From Elusimicrobia bacterium CG1_02_37_114 (lineage in GTDB: Bacteria; Elusimicrobiota; Endomicrobiia; CG1-02-37-114): a stretch of 61,766 nucleotides of DNA. The stretch covers positions 1 to 61,766 of the forward strand of contig MNXB01000005.1 in assembly GCA_001871125.1 (NCBI GenBank), written 5' to 3'. Below, piece by piece: positions 9,038 through 18,977 of this stretch. Each line of letters starts with the position of its first letter. Position 1 is the stretch's first letter. The notes beneath the pieces were generated by a model, which had not been told where the DNA came from, made no database searches, and saw nothing but the letters and a program-made list of their open reading frames with translations. The translations under genes and the position numbers were made by a program.

Positions 9038-10301
9038 ACCCAATTTTATCAAAACTGGTATAAGATTTGAGTGCGGACGGTATGGTTATTGACCCGTCAG
9101 TATTCTGATAATTTTCCAGAATTGCAGCAAATATCCTGCCCACAGCCAACCCCGAACCGTTTATTGTATGGACATATTTTTTGTTATTTTCTGTTCGGAC
9201 CTTTATATTCAGCCTTCTTGACTGAAAATCCCTGCAGTTACTGCAGCTTGAAACCTCACGCCACATTTTTTCGCCCGGCATCCATACTTCCAGGTCGTAT
9301 GTTTTTGCTGAAGTAAACCCCAAATCGGCACCGCAGAGTTCAATAACCCTGTAAGGCAGTTTGAGTTGTTTTAAAACATCTTCTGCATCGTTTAATAATT
9401 TTTCAAGTTCATCCGCTGAATCTTCAGGTTTAGTAAACTTGAACAGTTCAACTTTATTAAACTGGTGGTTGCGGATTAATCCTTTTGTATCCTTGCCGTA
9501 TGAACCCGCTTCCCGGCGGAAACACGCTGAATAAGAGACATATTTTTTCGGCAGTGCGTCTTTATCAAATATTTCATCAGAATGCAAGTTTGCTATTGTT
9601 ACTTCTGCTGTCGGTATGAGATAAAATTCATCGTCTGCACATTTGAATACTTCCTCTTTGAATTTAGGTAACTGCCCCGTGCCTGTAATTGATTTTTTAT
9701 TGACCAGGTAAGGTGTCATAACTTCTGTGTAACCGTGCTGTTTTGTATGCAAATCAAGCATAAACGAAATAATTGCACGTTCAAGTACAGCACCGCGGTC
9801 TTTCAACACTGCAAACCTTGAAGATGACATTTTCGTTGCAATTTCAAAATCAATTATACCTAATTTTGAACCGAGTTCCCAGTGTGGTTTTGGTTTATCT
9901 AATTTCTGTTCGCCGGTTTCTAAATTTTCACGGATTTTTTTGTTGTCTTTTTCTGATTTACCTGTCGGCACACTCTCATCGGGTAGATTTGGTACGGTCA
10001 GCATAAACTCTTCTATTTTATTTTCCAAGTCTAATAATATTTTTTCTTTGTTTTGTATTGTTTCCCGGATTTCTTCCGTCTCTTTCATAAGTTTTTCTGC
10101 GGGTTTCTTTTCCTTCTTTAATAGTCCAACCTGTTCAGAAGTTTTCTTGCGTTTTTCACGGAGTGCATCTATTTCACTGATAAGTTTCCGCCTCCCGCTG
10201 TCCCACTCCAGAAGTTCAGAAAAGTCTATCTTTATCCCGCGTGTGCTCAATCTCTCTTCTACTTCTTCCCTGTTTTCTCTTATAAACTTCAAATCTAACA
10301 T
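9036..10301 (-). CDS. serS: serine--tRNA ligase
   Basis: [24 protein letters not shown] and EVSSCSNC motifs. Confidence 0.98.
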   Translation of the reverse strand: MLDLKFIRENREEVEERLSTRGIKIDFSELLEWDSGRRKLISEIDALREKRKKTSEQVGLLKKEKKPAEKLMKETEEIRETIQNKEKILLDLENKIEEFMLTVPNLPDESVPTGKSEKDNKKIRENLETGEQKLDKPKPHWELGSKLGIIDFEIATKMSSSRFAVLKDRGAVLERAIISFMLDLHTKQHGYTEVMTPYLVNKKSITGTGQLPKFKEEVFKCADDEFYLIPTAEVTIANLHSDEIFDKDALPKKYVSYSACFRREAGSYGKDTKGLIRNHQFNKVELFKFTKPEDSADELEKLLNDAEDVLKQLKLPYRVIELCGADLGFTSAKTYDLEVWMPGEKMWREVSSCSNCRDFQSRRLNIKVRTENNKKYVHTINGSGLAVGRIFAAILENYQNTDGSITIPSALKSYTSFDKIG

Positions 10302-10304
10302 ATT

Positions 10305-11711
10305 TTAACCTTTTATTACTCCTACAGGCGACATCCTCACAACTTTCTTTGATATACCTGCCTGATGGCACACTTCAACAACCATATTCACGTCTTTATA
10401 TGCTTCCGGCGCCTCTTCGGCAAGCGTCTTATATTCCCTCGCCTGAACAATTATACCTTCTTTAGCAAGTCTCTGTTTCAGTTCACCGCCGGAAACCCGC
10501 CTCAAAGCTTCCGTTCTGCTCATTGTCCGTCCTGCCCCATGACAGGTTGACCCCCAGGTTTCATCTAAAGCTTTCTGTGTCCCGACCAAAACGTATGAAT
10601 TTGTTCCCATACTGCCCGGGATGATTACCGGCTGTCCCGGGAATGCACGCGTTGCACCTTTGCGGTGGACGATAAGTTTTCTTTTCTTACCCTCAACATT
10701 ATGCTCTTCAATCTTGCCTATGTTATGTGCAACATCATACACAAGTTCAAGCCCAATATCTTTTGGTGACATCCCCATTACCTGCATAAAACTTTCCCTT
10801 GTCCAGTGAGTTATACACTGTCTGTTAGCCCAGGCATAGTTTGCCGCTGAGGACATTGCAGAGAAATAATCCTTCCCTTCATCCGAAGTTACTGGTGCGC
10901 ATACGAGCTGTCTGTCAGGGATTGAAATATTGTATTTTTTTAAGGCATTCTGTAATATTTTTATATAATCGTCACAGACCTGGTAGCCTAACCCGCGGGA
11001 ACCCGTGTGAATCATTATCGTGACCTGTCCTTTAAATAGTCCCATAGAGTTAGCTGCCTGTTCGTCATAAACTTCGTCAATTACCTGTATTTCAAGAAAA
11101 TGGTTACCCGCACCGAGTGTCCCTAACTGTTCTCTCCCGCGTTCCAGTGCTCTCTGTGAAACTTTTGAAGGGTCAGCAGAACTCATCTGCCCCTGGTCTT
11201 CAGTATGAGATAAATCTTCCTGATTACCGAACCCCTTTTTTACAGACCACTTAGAACCTTCTTCAAGAACTTTCATAACTTCGTTACGGTTTAAATTTAT
11301 TTTACCCGTTGACCCCACACCCGACGGTATATTGGTAAATAAAGTAGATATAAGTTTTTCTAATTTTGGGGACACATCACTTAATTCCAAATTTGTCCTG
11401 AGTAACCGCACCCCACAATTTATATCGTACCCGATTCCTCCAGGAGAAATAACTCCTGTATCATAATCAAATCCTGCAACGCCGCCTATCGGGAACCCAT
11501 ATCCCCAGTGTATATCAGGCATAGCAAGTGACCTGCCGACTATGCCCGGCAGATAAGTTACATTTGACACCTGGTTACTTGCCTTATCATGGACAATATG
11601 CTCCAGCATCTTTTCTGAAGCATAAATCATCCCTTCAGTCCGCATACCGCCGGATTTCGGCATCAACCACCGCCAGTCATCAATTTTTTTCAGTCCATGA
11701 TATTCAGTCAT
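10305..11711 (-). CDS. rtcB: RNA ligase RtcB
   Basis: MPDIHWGYGFPIG, DINCG, GAGNHF, HTGSRG, HRKGAT and HGAGR motifs. Confidence 0.97.
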   Translation of the reverse strand: MTEYHGLKKIDDWRWLMPKSGGMRTEGMIYASEKMLEHIVHDKASNQVSNVTYLPGIVGRSLAMPDIHWGYGFPIGGVAGFDYDTGVISPGGIGYDINCGVRLLRTNLELSDVSPKLEKLISTLFTNIPSGVGSTGKINLNRNEVMKVLEEGSKWSVKKGFGNQEDLSHTEDQGQMSSADPSKVSQRALERGREQLGTLGAGNHFLEIQVIDEVYDEQAANSMGLFKGQVTIMIHTGSRGLGYQVCDDYIKILQNALKKYNISIPDRQLVCAPVTSDEGKDYFSAMSSAANYAWANRQCITHWTRESFMQVMGMSPKDIGLELVYDVAHNIGKIEEHNVEGKKRKLIVHRKGATRAFPGQPVIIPGSMGTNSYVLVGTQKALDETWGSTCHGAGRTMSRTEALRRVSGGELKQRLAKEGIIVQAREYKTLAEEAPEAYKDVNMVVEVCHQAGISKKVVRMSPVGVIKG

Positions 11712-11724
11712 AGCAAACACATCC

Positions 11725-12027
11725 TTAGTAAAAATCTAAACAGTTATAATCCTCGTCAGTCAACCCATATTTTTTTAACATTTTAAAATTCTCAAGAAAT
11801 ACTCCTCTTTCTTGATGGTAGTTTTCGGGATGATACTTAGAAACGCAATCGGCATAACTGTTGAGTAATGTCAAAAGGTTTTTCTTTGTCATGTTTTTTA
11901 TTTCTAAATTAGGACAGTATTCCTCTTTTGCTTCTAAGAGATTTCTCATTGCTTCTTCATATTTAATAAAAAGAACCGCTTCATCAGGATTTATTCTTGC
12001 TTTTTTCAATAAACTTACCGCTTTCAT
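11725..12027 (-). CDS. hypothetical protein
   Basis: 100-aa ORF with SD GAGGTG, 13 bp upstream of rtcB. Confidence 0.65.
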   Translation of the reverse strand: MKAVSLLKKARINPDEAVLFIKYEEAMRNLLEAKEEYCPNLEIKNMTKKNLLTLLNSYADCVSKYHPENYHQERGVFLENFKMLKKYGLTDEDYNCLDFY

Positions 12028-12196
12028 TTTCGTTCACCTCATTTACAATATTTAAATCCTTTAATTAATTCAATCTTTAATATTTTTTTCCATTTGGTCT
12101 TGATATATGTCCATTTATTCTGTGCTTATCATAAACATCAAAAACATCTTTACAGAATTTAATCATTCTTATACACCACGACCCCACACCGCACAT

Positions 12197-13006
12197 CTAT
12201 AATTGTCTCTTTTGAAAATTTCCTCTTTTAATATTTTCTCTATCTTGTATCAGAAAAGATTCTTTCATTCTTCCAGAATCTATTAATTGATAGGCACTTT
12301 TCATCTTTGTTTTAACAATCCCTGCCTCTCTCCCTGATTTTATTATAATTTCCCTGATTTCAGAATCACTTACACCGCTGGTATCACGGTACTCCGACTT
12401 AGTCGAAAAAAATTTACGAAGACTTTTCGCGAGGACTCTGAATTCATTCTTGGTTATGGTACGTTCTAAACTCCTTATCATTTGCTTCATAATGGGTAGT
12501 ACTCGGGGGTCACGCATTAGTCCCGGTGATTCCATAAGAGTTATCCAATTAAACCATTCCCCTACCCAATTAATATCTTCCCACTTATGTCTTCCTAGTT
12601 GGTAACAATAATGCAAATGATCATATTTCTTACCTTCCCGCCGTGCTTTTGTTGTTGCTCCCACATCTGTTTTTTGGGTACCCCTTGGAAGTAATTCCAA
12701 AGGACAATGCTGTCTTATTGCCTGCCATATATAGCCATTATTCACATCTTCAGGATTTACAAGGGATTTATCATCAACAAAAGATAATTTTTCCCCCAAA
12801 GCATGCCATTTCTTTAAGGCATTTGCATTTAAAGTTCCTTCTCTTTTCATTTCTTTAAGTATATGGTTCATCTTTTGCTCAAGATACTTATCCAATCTTC
12901 TGGCTTTTTCCATATCATCTCTAGTAATTTTACCCTCTCCTAAGAAGGGGGTCATTATAATTTCTTTACCATTTATTATTGCTTTTCTTCTAACTATAAC
13001 AGCCAT
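12197..13006 (-). CDS. hypothetical helical protein, partner of the GHKL ATPase
   Basis: 269 aa, 3 bp downstream of the ATPase gene; Trp-rich segment loosely reminiscent of DUF1016 N-terminal domains. Confidence 0.7.
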   Translation of the reverse strand: MAVIVRRKAIINGKEIIMTPFLGEGKITRDDMEKARRLDKYLEQKMNHILKEMKREGTLNANALKKWHALGEKLSFVDDKSLVNPEDVNNGYIWQAIRQHCPLELLPRGTQKTDVGATTKARREGKKYDHLHYCYQLGRHKWEDINWVGEWFNWITLMESPGLMRDPRVLPIMKQMIRSLERTITKNEFRVLAKSLRKFFSTKSEYRDTSGVSDSEIREIIIKSGREAGIVKTKMKSAYQLIDSGRMKESFLIQDRENIKRGNFQKRQL

Positions 13007-13009
13007 TTT

Positions 13010-15004
13010 TCAAATTTCCTCATAATATTTACTTTTTATTTCGGCCATTTTACCTGAAATCTCAAAATAGGCATCTTTGGGGTCTTTTAATATCTTACTT
13101 GAATCAAGAGGATGATAATCTGGAGTGCCATCTTCTTTATCTGGTCTATTAAGAATGAAATCAATGCTACCTTCTAAAAAGATCTCAAACAGGTAATCAG
13201 TTTGTAATTCTTTATCTTCTTCAACTTGCTTATAACATGAGTGCATGATATTATAATATAGAATTGGTTCCTCTCCAAGAATTCCCGTAGTAATCCATTG
13301 TCTTTTTTCAATGCCTTCTTTATTTGTAAAATCATCCGGATGTGTTTCAAAAGGCAAACGAAACTCTGGGTCTTTTTCAATCCATAGTATTTTTGAAAGA
13401 GAATCTATTTCTAAATTATTAACTTCATTTATTAAGCGAATTTTTAACCGATATTCTCCTGGGTCTGGGAATACACTCTTTGAAAAGATAATACTGAATG
13501 TACCAATCGATTTAGGCTTTAAATATGGAGTAATATCAATGTTTTTTTCATCATGCAATATATTTATTTCTCTGTCGCCAAAGAGCATAAAGATTCTTAA
13601 CCGTCCTTTTAGATGTTCATTTGTTTTATTAAATATTCTAACCTCAAAATCTTTGATTTCTTCTTCCCAATTTATCCTTGGTGCTATCTCAGGGTCTGGA
13701 AAATTAAAATTATGCAACATTATTCCTATTAGTTTATTAGACGGTGGTAGCGGAGATGGTGGAGGTGGTTTAACTATCCCACCCTTTCTACCGAATAAAT
13801 CAAGGTCTTTAGCATATTTTGATAAATATCTTAATGCATCAATTTCAGCTGATGAACGTATCTGCTTCCTCCTTTCACGCGGGTCTATTCCTATCCCAAT
13901 TTTTTTATAACCAAATTCTCTAAGTTCTTCTTTTATATATTCCTTTATTGCTTTGGGAACTGCTCTTCGCCATATTAAATCATAATGATTTGGATTCTGA
14001 TTGTAGTTCTTTCTCAATTCTCTATCTAAATCTCTATCGAATTCTATAAATCCATAAATATTGTCAGTTATATCAAGAGGAACACCTTCCATGTTTATTG
14101 AGGTTATCTTCATATTGTTATGGATAATAGTAACTCCCCTAAATTGTTCTGGTATCTCCCCTCCTTTTTTGTAAGCTATTTGGAGATGCTTTATTTTAAA
14201 TCGCTCTCCACTTAATAATTTTATTTCATCATTATTTTTAATCCATACCTTGATTTTGTCAGTATCTTTTGATGGTATGGGAAATAGTTTCGGTATTTTT
14301 GCAACTTTATCATAATCGGATGTCTTAACACGAATCTTAACTCTTTCTTTTTCTATTGCACGAAACCAAGTTTCTTCAATAGCAGTTATGAAATTACCAT
14401 TTTCGATTTCATCACATAATTCTTTAATGGGGTTAACTATTATTATCCTTGTTCCAAGCTTAGATAATGGTTCAAGGCCTGTAAGCTCTTTCGGTTCACC
14501 GCGCCCATCCTCTTCATCCCAATGAAGCATTGGACAATCTGTTTTTGTTGCCCGTGTTGCACCCAATCGATAAGTATCATCCTCTCTAAGACTGTCATAG
14601 TACATAGAGTAATCTGCTGATGCTGCTAAAAATACAAATTTTCCTTGTCCTCTTGCACCAATAGCGTCTTGATTCGATGTTGTAAAACCAAAACCTTCAA
14701 ATCTCGCCCAATGGTCTGATTCCTCAAGAGTCTCGTATTCTTCTGTTCCCAATACTTTACCAGTAAGGCCATTTGTATTGGAATCAGTCATTGTGAAAAA
14801 AGTGCCTTTTTTATTCTTTACCAACTCAAAAGTAAACTCAACAGGCACGGTTTTATTAGCCGTATGAAAAGCGTTTTGTATAGCATCCTTTTGAGCCCCG
14901 TGAGGAATCCCCAACGGATAATTATCAGCTATAGTTGTACAAATACTTACATAATCAGCTGGTCTATGGCGTCCCTTTGAAAAATCTAATTTTACCTCCG
15001 ACAT
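13010..15004 (-). CDS. GHKL (MORC/MutL/Hsp90-like) ATPase-domain protein
   Basis: DAIQNA (N-box), DSNTNGL (G1), GARGQGKF (G2) and GTRIII motifs; Pro-rich linker; SD AGGAGG. Confidence 0.75.
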   Translation of the reverse strand: MSEVKLDFSKGRHRPADYVSICTTIADNYPLGIPHGAQKDAIQNAFHTANKTVPVEFTFELVKNKKGTFFTMTDSNTNGLTGKVLGTEEYETLEESDHWARFEGFGFTTSNQDAIGARGQGKFVFLAASADYSMYYDSLREDDTYRLGATRATKTDCPMLHWDEEDGRGEPKELTGLEPLSKLGTRIIIVNPIKELCDEIENGNFITAIEETWFRAIEKERVKIRVKTSDYDKVAKIPKLFPIPSKDTDKIKVWIKNNDEIKLLSGERFKIKHLQIAYKKGGEIPEQFRGVTIIHNNMKITSINMEGVPLDITDNIYGFIEFDRDLDRELRKNYNQNPNHYDLIWRRAVPKAIKEYIKEELREFGYKKIGIGIDPRERRKQIRSSAEIDALRYLSKYAKDLDLFGRKGGIVKPPPPSPLPPSNKLIGIMLHNFNFPDPEIAPRINWEEEIKDFEVRIFNKTNEHLKGRLRIFMLFGDREINILHDEKNIDITPYLKPKSIGTFSIIFSKSVFPDPGEYRLKIRLINEVNNLEIDSLSKILWIEKDPEFRLPFETHPDDFTNKEGIEKRQWITTGILGEEPILYYNIMHSCYKQVEEDKELQTDYLFEIFLEGSIDFILNRPDKEDGTPDYHPLDSSKILKDPKDAYFEISGKMAEIKSKYYEEI

Positions 15005-15170
15005 ATTTGCCTCCTGAATCTTAAATCTAATTTTATCTGCACTACTATAATTTGTTTACTCATTTATTTTCTTCTCATAAATTAAAGAACTCCTTAATAT
15101 CTACTTAACTGTTTTACAACTTCTATATGGTAGAAAATTTGTTGCTTTATCAAGGATAGAACTCTTTCTC

Positions 15171-15425
15171 TTATTGCTTGTTTGACATATTATAGTGCTT
15201 GCTATTGATAATTTGATTTACGCATAGACTGCAAATACTCTTCAGATTAGTAAAGTCTTCGTTTTTTGGAATTTTCCAATATCCCTCTTTATCATGTCCG
15301 TACTTATTGTAATGTCTGAAGCATTTCTCACACAGTAAATGTCCATCAGTTTGATGAAACACTTGCTCTCCTTTCAATACATGGACACAAACTACTACTA
15401 AGTTATCGCTCATAAATTTACTCAT
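15171..15425 (-). CDS. small Cys/His-rich hypothetical protein
   Basis: CVH, CEKC and CSLC motifs suggest zinc binding. Confidence 0.5.
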   Translation of the reverse strand: MSKFMSDNLVVVCVHVLKGEQVFHQTDGHLLCEKCFRHYNKYGHDKEGYWKIPKNEDFTNLKSICSLCVNQIINSKHYNMSNKQ

Positions 15426-15590
15426 TGTTCTGAAAATTTTTCAATCCACCCTATTTTTTGTCTAACTCTTTTATTCTGTATTTTCTCTAATGTAGTTATT
15501 GCCATGGTATTTAAATGAAATCCTGTGTTATTTCCTGAGATTATTTTACCACTTTTATTGTAATTAGTCAACTTATAAAATTTCAAGAAA

Positions 15591-15641
15591 GCCCGATGAA
15601 TCGGGCAACTCCAGGAATTCCCCGATAAAACTGGACGCTAC
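15591..15641. repeat. degenerate REP-like palindromes
   Basis: GCCCGATGAATCGGGC and GGACGCTAC, shared with the repeats near 17116 and 25326. Confidence 0.55.
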
Positions 15642-15709
15642 AAAAATAATTTTATTCCTTTGTAAATCCTTCAAAAATTTTGATATAATTGAAGATGGAG
15701 GAATTCTTT

Positions 15710-16156
15710 ATGGAATTAACCCAGGAAGAAATACAGTGGCTTTATAGAAATCTGAGGAGTGTTGATTTTTTTGCAGACGCAAACGTAGATGATATTGACC
15801 TTTTGTTGAGAACACAGGTTCATAAATATTCTTACAAAAAAGGGCAGAAAATTTGTAAACAGGGCACACCGGGAGACGCATTCTTTATGATTTATAAAGG
15901 AAAAGTTTCAGTGACAGTATCCAAAGGGCTTTTCCAGAAAACCAAGGTGACTGAACTCGGTCCGGGTCAGTTTTTCGGTGAGATGGCATTGATATCCAAT
16001 GAGCCAAGAACAGCAACGGTTATTGCTGATGAATGGACAGAGTGTTTTGCTATCTTAAAGTTTGATTTCAATATGTTTGTTTCTGACAAACCTTTGTTTG
16101 CCCAGAAAGTCCGTTCAGCAACAGCACAAAGAAAATTTGAATTGCAACAGAAATGA
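15710..16156 (+). CDS. stand-alone cyclic nucleotide-binding domain protein
   Basis: QGTPGDAFFMI and GQFFGEMAL...PRTATV motifs; SD GGAGG. Confidence 0.92.
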   Translation: MELTQEEIQWLYRNLRSVDFFADANVDDIDLLLRTQVHKYSYKKGQKICKQGTPGDAFFMIYKGKVSVTVSKGLFQKTKVTELGPGQFFGEMALISNEPRTATVIADEWTECFAILKFDFNMFVSDKPLFAQKVRSATAQRKFELQQK

Positions 16157-16169
16157 TTATAGAAAATCC

Positions 16170-16198
16170 TTGACAAGTTATAGAAAGTATGTTATACT
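16170..16198 (+). promoter_or_regulatory. sigma-70 promoter
   Basis: TTGACA-17-TATACT with TG extension. Confidence 0.75.
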
Positions 16199-16231
16199 TA
16201 TATTAAGCAATACTGAAAAACAGGGGGCAAT

Positions 16232-16519
16232 ATGAGAACAACAACCATACGACCTATAGGTCCAAGGAATCAAGTAACTCTACCTGCAGAAATAATAAAA
16301 CACTTCCGAATACACCCTCATGATTTGGTCAGTTTTAGTATAACAAAAGAAGGTCTCTTAATGAAACCTGTGGTAGTACTTGAAAAAAATGAAGTTTGGG
16401 AAGAAGGCGAACTAGATGCTATTGAAAAAATAATTGATAAACAAATCAAAGCAGGTGAATATGTTGAATTTTCCGATATGTCAAAGGCAGATTCATTTTT
16501 GAAGAAGAAAATAAAATGA
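16232..16519 (+). CDS. AbrB/MazE-family antitoxin
   Basis: IGPRNQVTLPAEI motif; ATGA overlap with the toxin. Confidence 0.85.
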   Translation: MRTTTIRPIGPRNQVTLPAEIIKHFRIHPHDLVSFSITKEGLLMKPVVVLEKNEVWEEGELDAIEKIIDKQIKAGEYVEFSDMSKADSFLKKKIK

Positions 16520-16794
16520 GAATTAGATATCTAACCTCTTTTACCCGAACCTTCGAATATCTATCTCAACAAGAACAAACAAAAACAGCCGACACTATTT
16601 CTGAGTTGGTAAACTTTTTAGATAAAAAAACCCATCCTTCTAAGGGTCTGGGTGTTAAAAAATTAAGAAAAAATCTTTACGAGGTGCGAGTTAACATCAA
16701 GACAAGGATCTTATTTAAGATTTTGCCCGATTTAATTGCGTTTGTAATTATCGGTTCTCACGACGAAATTAAAAGATATCTAAACAATCTATAA
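16516..16794 (+). CDS. RelE/ParE-family toxin
   Basis: GLGVKKL, LYEVRV, RILF and IGSHDEI motifs. Confidence 0.8.
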   Translation: MRIRYLTSFTRTFEYLSQQEQTKTADTISELVNFLDKKTHPSKGLGVKKLRKNLYEVRVNIKTRILFKILPDLIAFVIIGSHDEIKRYLNNL

Positions 16795-16812
16795 CTCTTG
16801 GTTTTTTCTAAG

Positions 16813-16934
16813 GTAACTATTCAGTGAACCATGGTAAAAACTTGGAATAGACCCTTTAGGGTCATTTATCCGCAGGATTATCTTATTTACGAGGCTAAAG
16901 CCTCTATTCCCAACATACTTCAGTGAGCAGTTAC
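16813..16934. mobile_element. MITE copy 2 with terminal inverted repeats and 8-bp TSD
   Basis: Ends GTAACTATTCAGTGAA ... TTCAGTGAGCAGTTAC; TSD TTTCTAAG at 16805-16812 and 16935-16942. Confidence 0.8.
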
Positions 16935-16952
16935 TTTCTAAGGAAGGTTTTA

Positions 16953-17038
16953 TGCCGGGAGAGGGAATCGAACCCTCACTCCGTCAAAACGGAACTGGTT
17001 TTTGAGACCAGCCTGTCTACCAATTCCAGCACCCCGGC
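16953..17038 (-). tRNA. tRNA-Leu(CAA)
   Basis: Cloverleaf with long variable arm; anticodon arm CTGGT-CTCAAAA-ACCAG; CCA not encoded. Confidence 0.95.
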
Positions 17039-17106
17039 GTATATTCGTTTGCAGTAATAAGTTTATCAAAATAATTAAAATTTTTCAATGTAGAAATTAT
17101 AAATAA

Positions 17107-17139
17107 TTTGATAATCGTCCCGATGAATCGGGACGCTAC
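17107..17139. repeat. GTAG-type REP
   Basis: TTTGATAATCGTCCCGATGAATCGGGACGCTAC. Confidence 0.6.
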
Positions 17140-17153
17140 TGTTAGCGGGGAAT

Positions 17154-18977
17154 TTATTCAACGGTAACTGATTTGGCTAAATTGCGTGGTTTGTCCACAT
17201 CACAGCCAAGTTTTACAGCAACATGATAAGCTAATAACTGCAGTGGTACAGCAGTAACTATTGGTGTAATATCTTCCTGGCAGGCAGGGATATAAATAAC
17301 ATCGCTGGCGATTTCAGCAATTTTTTTATCACCTTCAGTAGCAATGGCAATGACAATCCCTTTTCTGGCAATCACTTCCTGGACATTGTTCAACATCTTG
17401 TCATAAAGTTCGTCTTTTGGAATTAAACATACTACCGGCATATCCTGGTTTATAAGCGAAATGGGTCCGTGTTTTATTTCTCCCGCAGGATAACCTGTGG
17501 CATGTATGTAAGATATTTCCTTTAGTTTCAATGTCCCTTCCAGAGCATTGGGATAATTTACTCCCCTGCCCAAAAATATGAAGTCGCGTTTTTGATAATA
17601 CTTCTCTGCACATTTCAGAATGATATCCTGTTTTTTCAAGACCTTATCAATTGCATCCGGTATTTGTTTCAGTTTTTCAATTTTATTTTCCAGATTTTCT
17701 TCAGTAAGTATATAGTTGAGTTTTGCTAAATATAATGTGAAAAGATAAAGCGTTGTTAACTGTGCAGTATATGCTTTTGTTGAAGCCACTCCTATCTCAG
17801 GCCCTGCCATAATCGGTAATATCCCGTCGGATTCCCTTGCGATTGTACTGCTTGTGACATTGACTATAGAGAGAACCTTAACGAATTTACTTTTACCTTC
17901 ACGGATACCCGCGAGAGTATCCGCTGTTTCACCCGACTGTGATATGGCAAGCATCAGAGTATCTCCCTCGGCGATCGGGTTTCTATACCTGAATTCCGAA
18001 GAGACGTCAACTTCCGTGTGGATATGCGCATATTTTTCAAGCCAGTATTTTGCAACCATCCCTGCATGCCAGGAAGTACCGCATGCCTGGATAATAATCC
18101 TTTTGACTTTGGCAAGATATTGTTTGTCCAGGTTCATTTCATCCAGTATAATTTTGCTGTTTTTTATTCTTTCATGCAGGATTTTTTCAATCACCCTGGG
18201 TTGTTCGTTTATTTCCTTCAGCATGAAGTAATCATAGTTGCCTTTATCCAGCCGGGAGATTTCTATATCAACTGTTTCAACCTTTTTTTCAATAATTTTA
18301 CCCTCAAGGTTCATTACTTTTACCTTGTCCTTTGTTATTACAGCAATTTCATTGTCTTTCAGATACATAACCTTGCGGGTAAGCGGTAAAATAGCAGGTA
18401 TATCGGAAGCAACAAAATTTTCTCCGTTACCCAAACCTATAATCAGAGGACCCCCGAGTTTTACACAGATAATTTTGTCAGGTTCTTTTTCGCTTAAAAC
18501 ACAGATGGCATACGCTCCTTTTAGTTCCTTAACCGCCCTACAGACAGCTTTTTCTAAATTGGCGTCCATAAATTTTTCTATGAGATGTGGAATGACTTCA
18601 GTATCTGTTTCTGATTCAAAGACATGCCCTTCTTTTATGAGATTTTCCTTTAAATCCTGATAATTTTCTATTATACCGTTATGCACAACTGCAATTTGTT
18701 TTTTGCAATCGGTATGGGGATGAGCATTTATTTCTGTCGGTTCACCGTGTGTTGCCCATCTCGTATGTCCTATCCCGATGTTTCCTCCAAGGGGTTTGAG
18801 GTTCAAGGATTCAGCCAGTTTTTTAAGTTGTCCTTCTTTTTTCCGTATGTCCAGTTCGCCCTCAAGGATGGTTGCTATCCCGGCAGAATCATAACCGCGG
18901 TACTCAAGCCTTTCCAGTCCTACGAGTAAGACCGAATCTACATATTTATTGCCCACATAACCTATTATTCCACACAT
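17154..18977 (-). CDS. glmS: glutamine--fructose-6-phosphate aminotransferase
   Basis: MCGIIG, GHTRWATHG and PRNLAKSVTVE motifs. Confidence 0.98.
   Translation of the reverse strand: MCGIIGYVGNKYVDSVLLVGLERLEYRGYDSAGIATILEGELDIRKKEGQLKKLAESLNLKPLGGNIGIGHTRWATHGEPTEINAHPHTDCKKQIAVVHNGIIENYQDLKENLIKEGHVFESETDTEVIPHLIEKFMDANLEKAVCRAVKELKGAYAICVLSEKEPDKIICVKLGGPLIIGLGNGENFVASDIPAILPLTRKVMYLKDNEIAVITKDKVKVMNLEGKIIEKKVETVDIEISRLDKGNYDYFMLKEINEQPRVIEKILHERIKNSKIILDEMNLDKQYLAKVKRIIIQACGTSWHAGMVAKYWLEKYAHIHTEVDVSSEFRYRNPIAEGDTLMLAISQSGETADTLAGIREGKSKFVKVLSIVNVTSSTIARESDGILPIMAGPEIGVASTKAYTAQLTTLYLFTLYLAKLNYILTEENLENKIEKLKQIPDAIDKVLKKQDIILKCAEKYYQKRDFIFLGRGVNYPNALEGTLKLKEISYIHATGYPAGEIKHGPISLINQDMPVVCLIPKDELYDKMLNNVQEVIARKGIVIAIATEGDKKIAEIASDVIYIPACQEDITPIVTAVPLQLLAYHVAVKLGCDVDKPRNLAKSVTVE

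Noticed and set aside
10305-11711. RtcB as the ligase for the split tRNA-Arg
   Set aside because: Group I introns ligate their own exons, and the genes are 28 kb apart with no link in the sequence.
15105-15470. attC-like GTT boxes around the GHKL island
   Set aside because: Only short core matches, no convincing attC hairpin and no integrase in the window.
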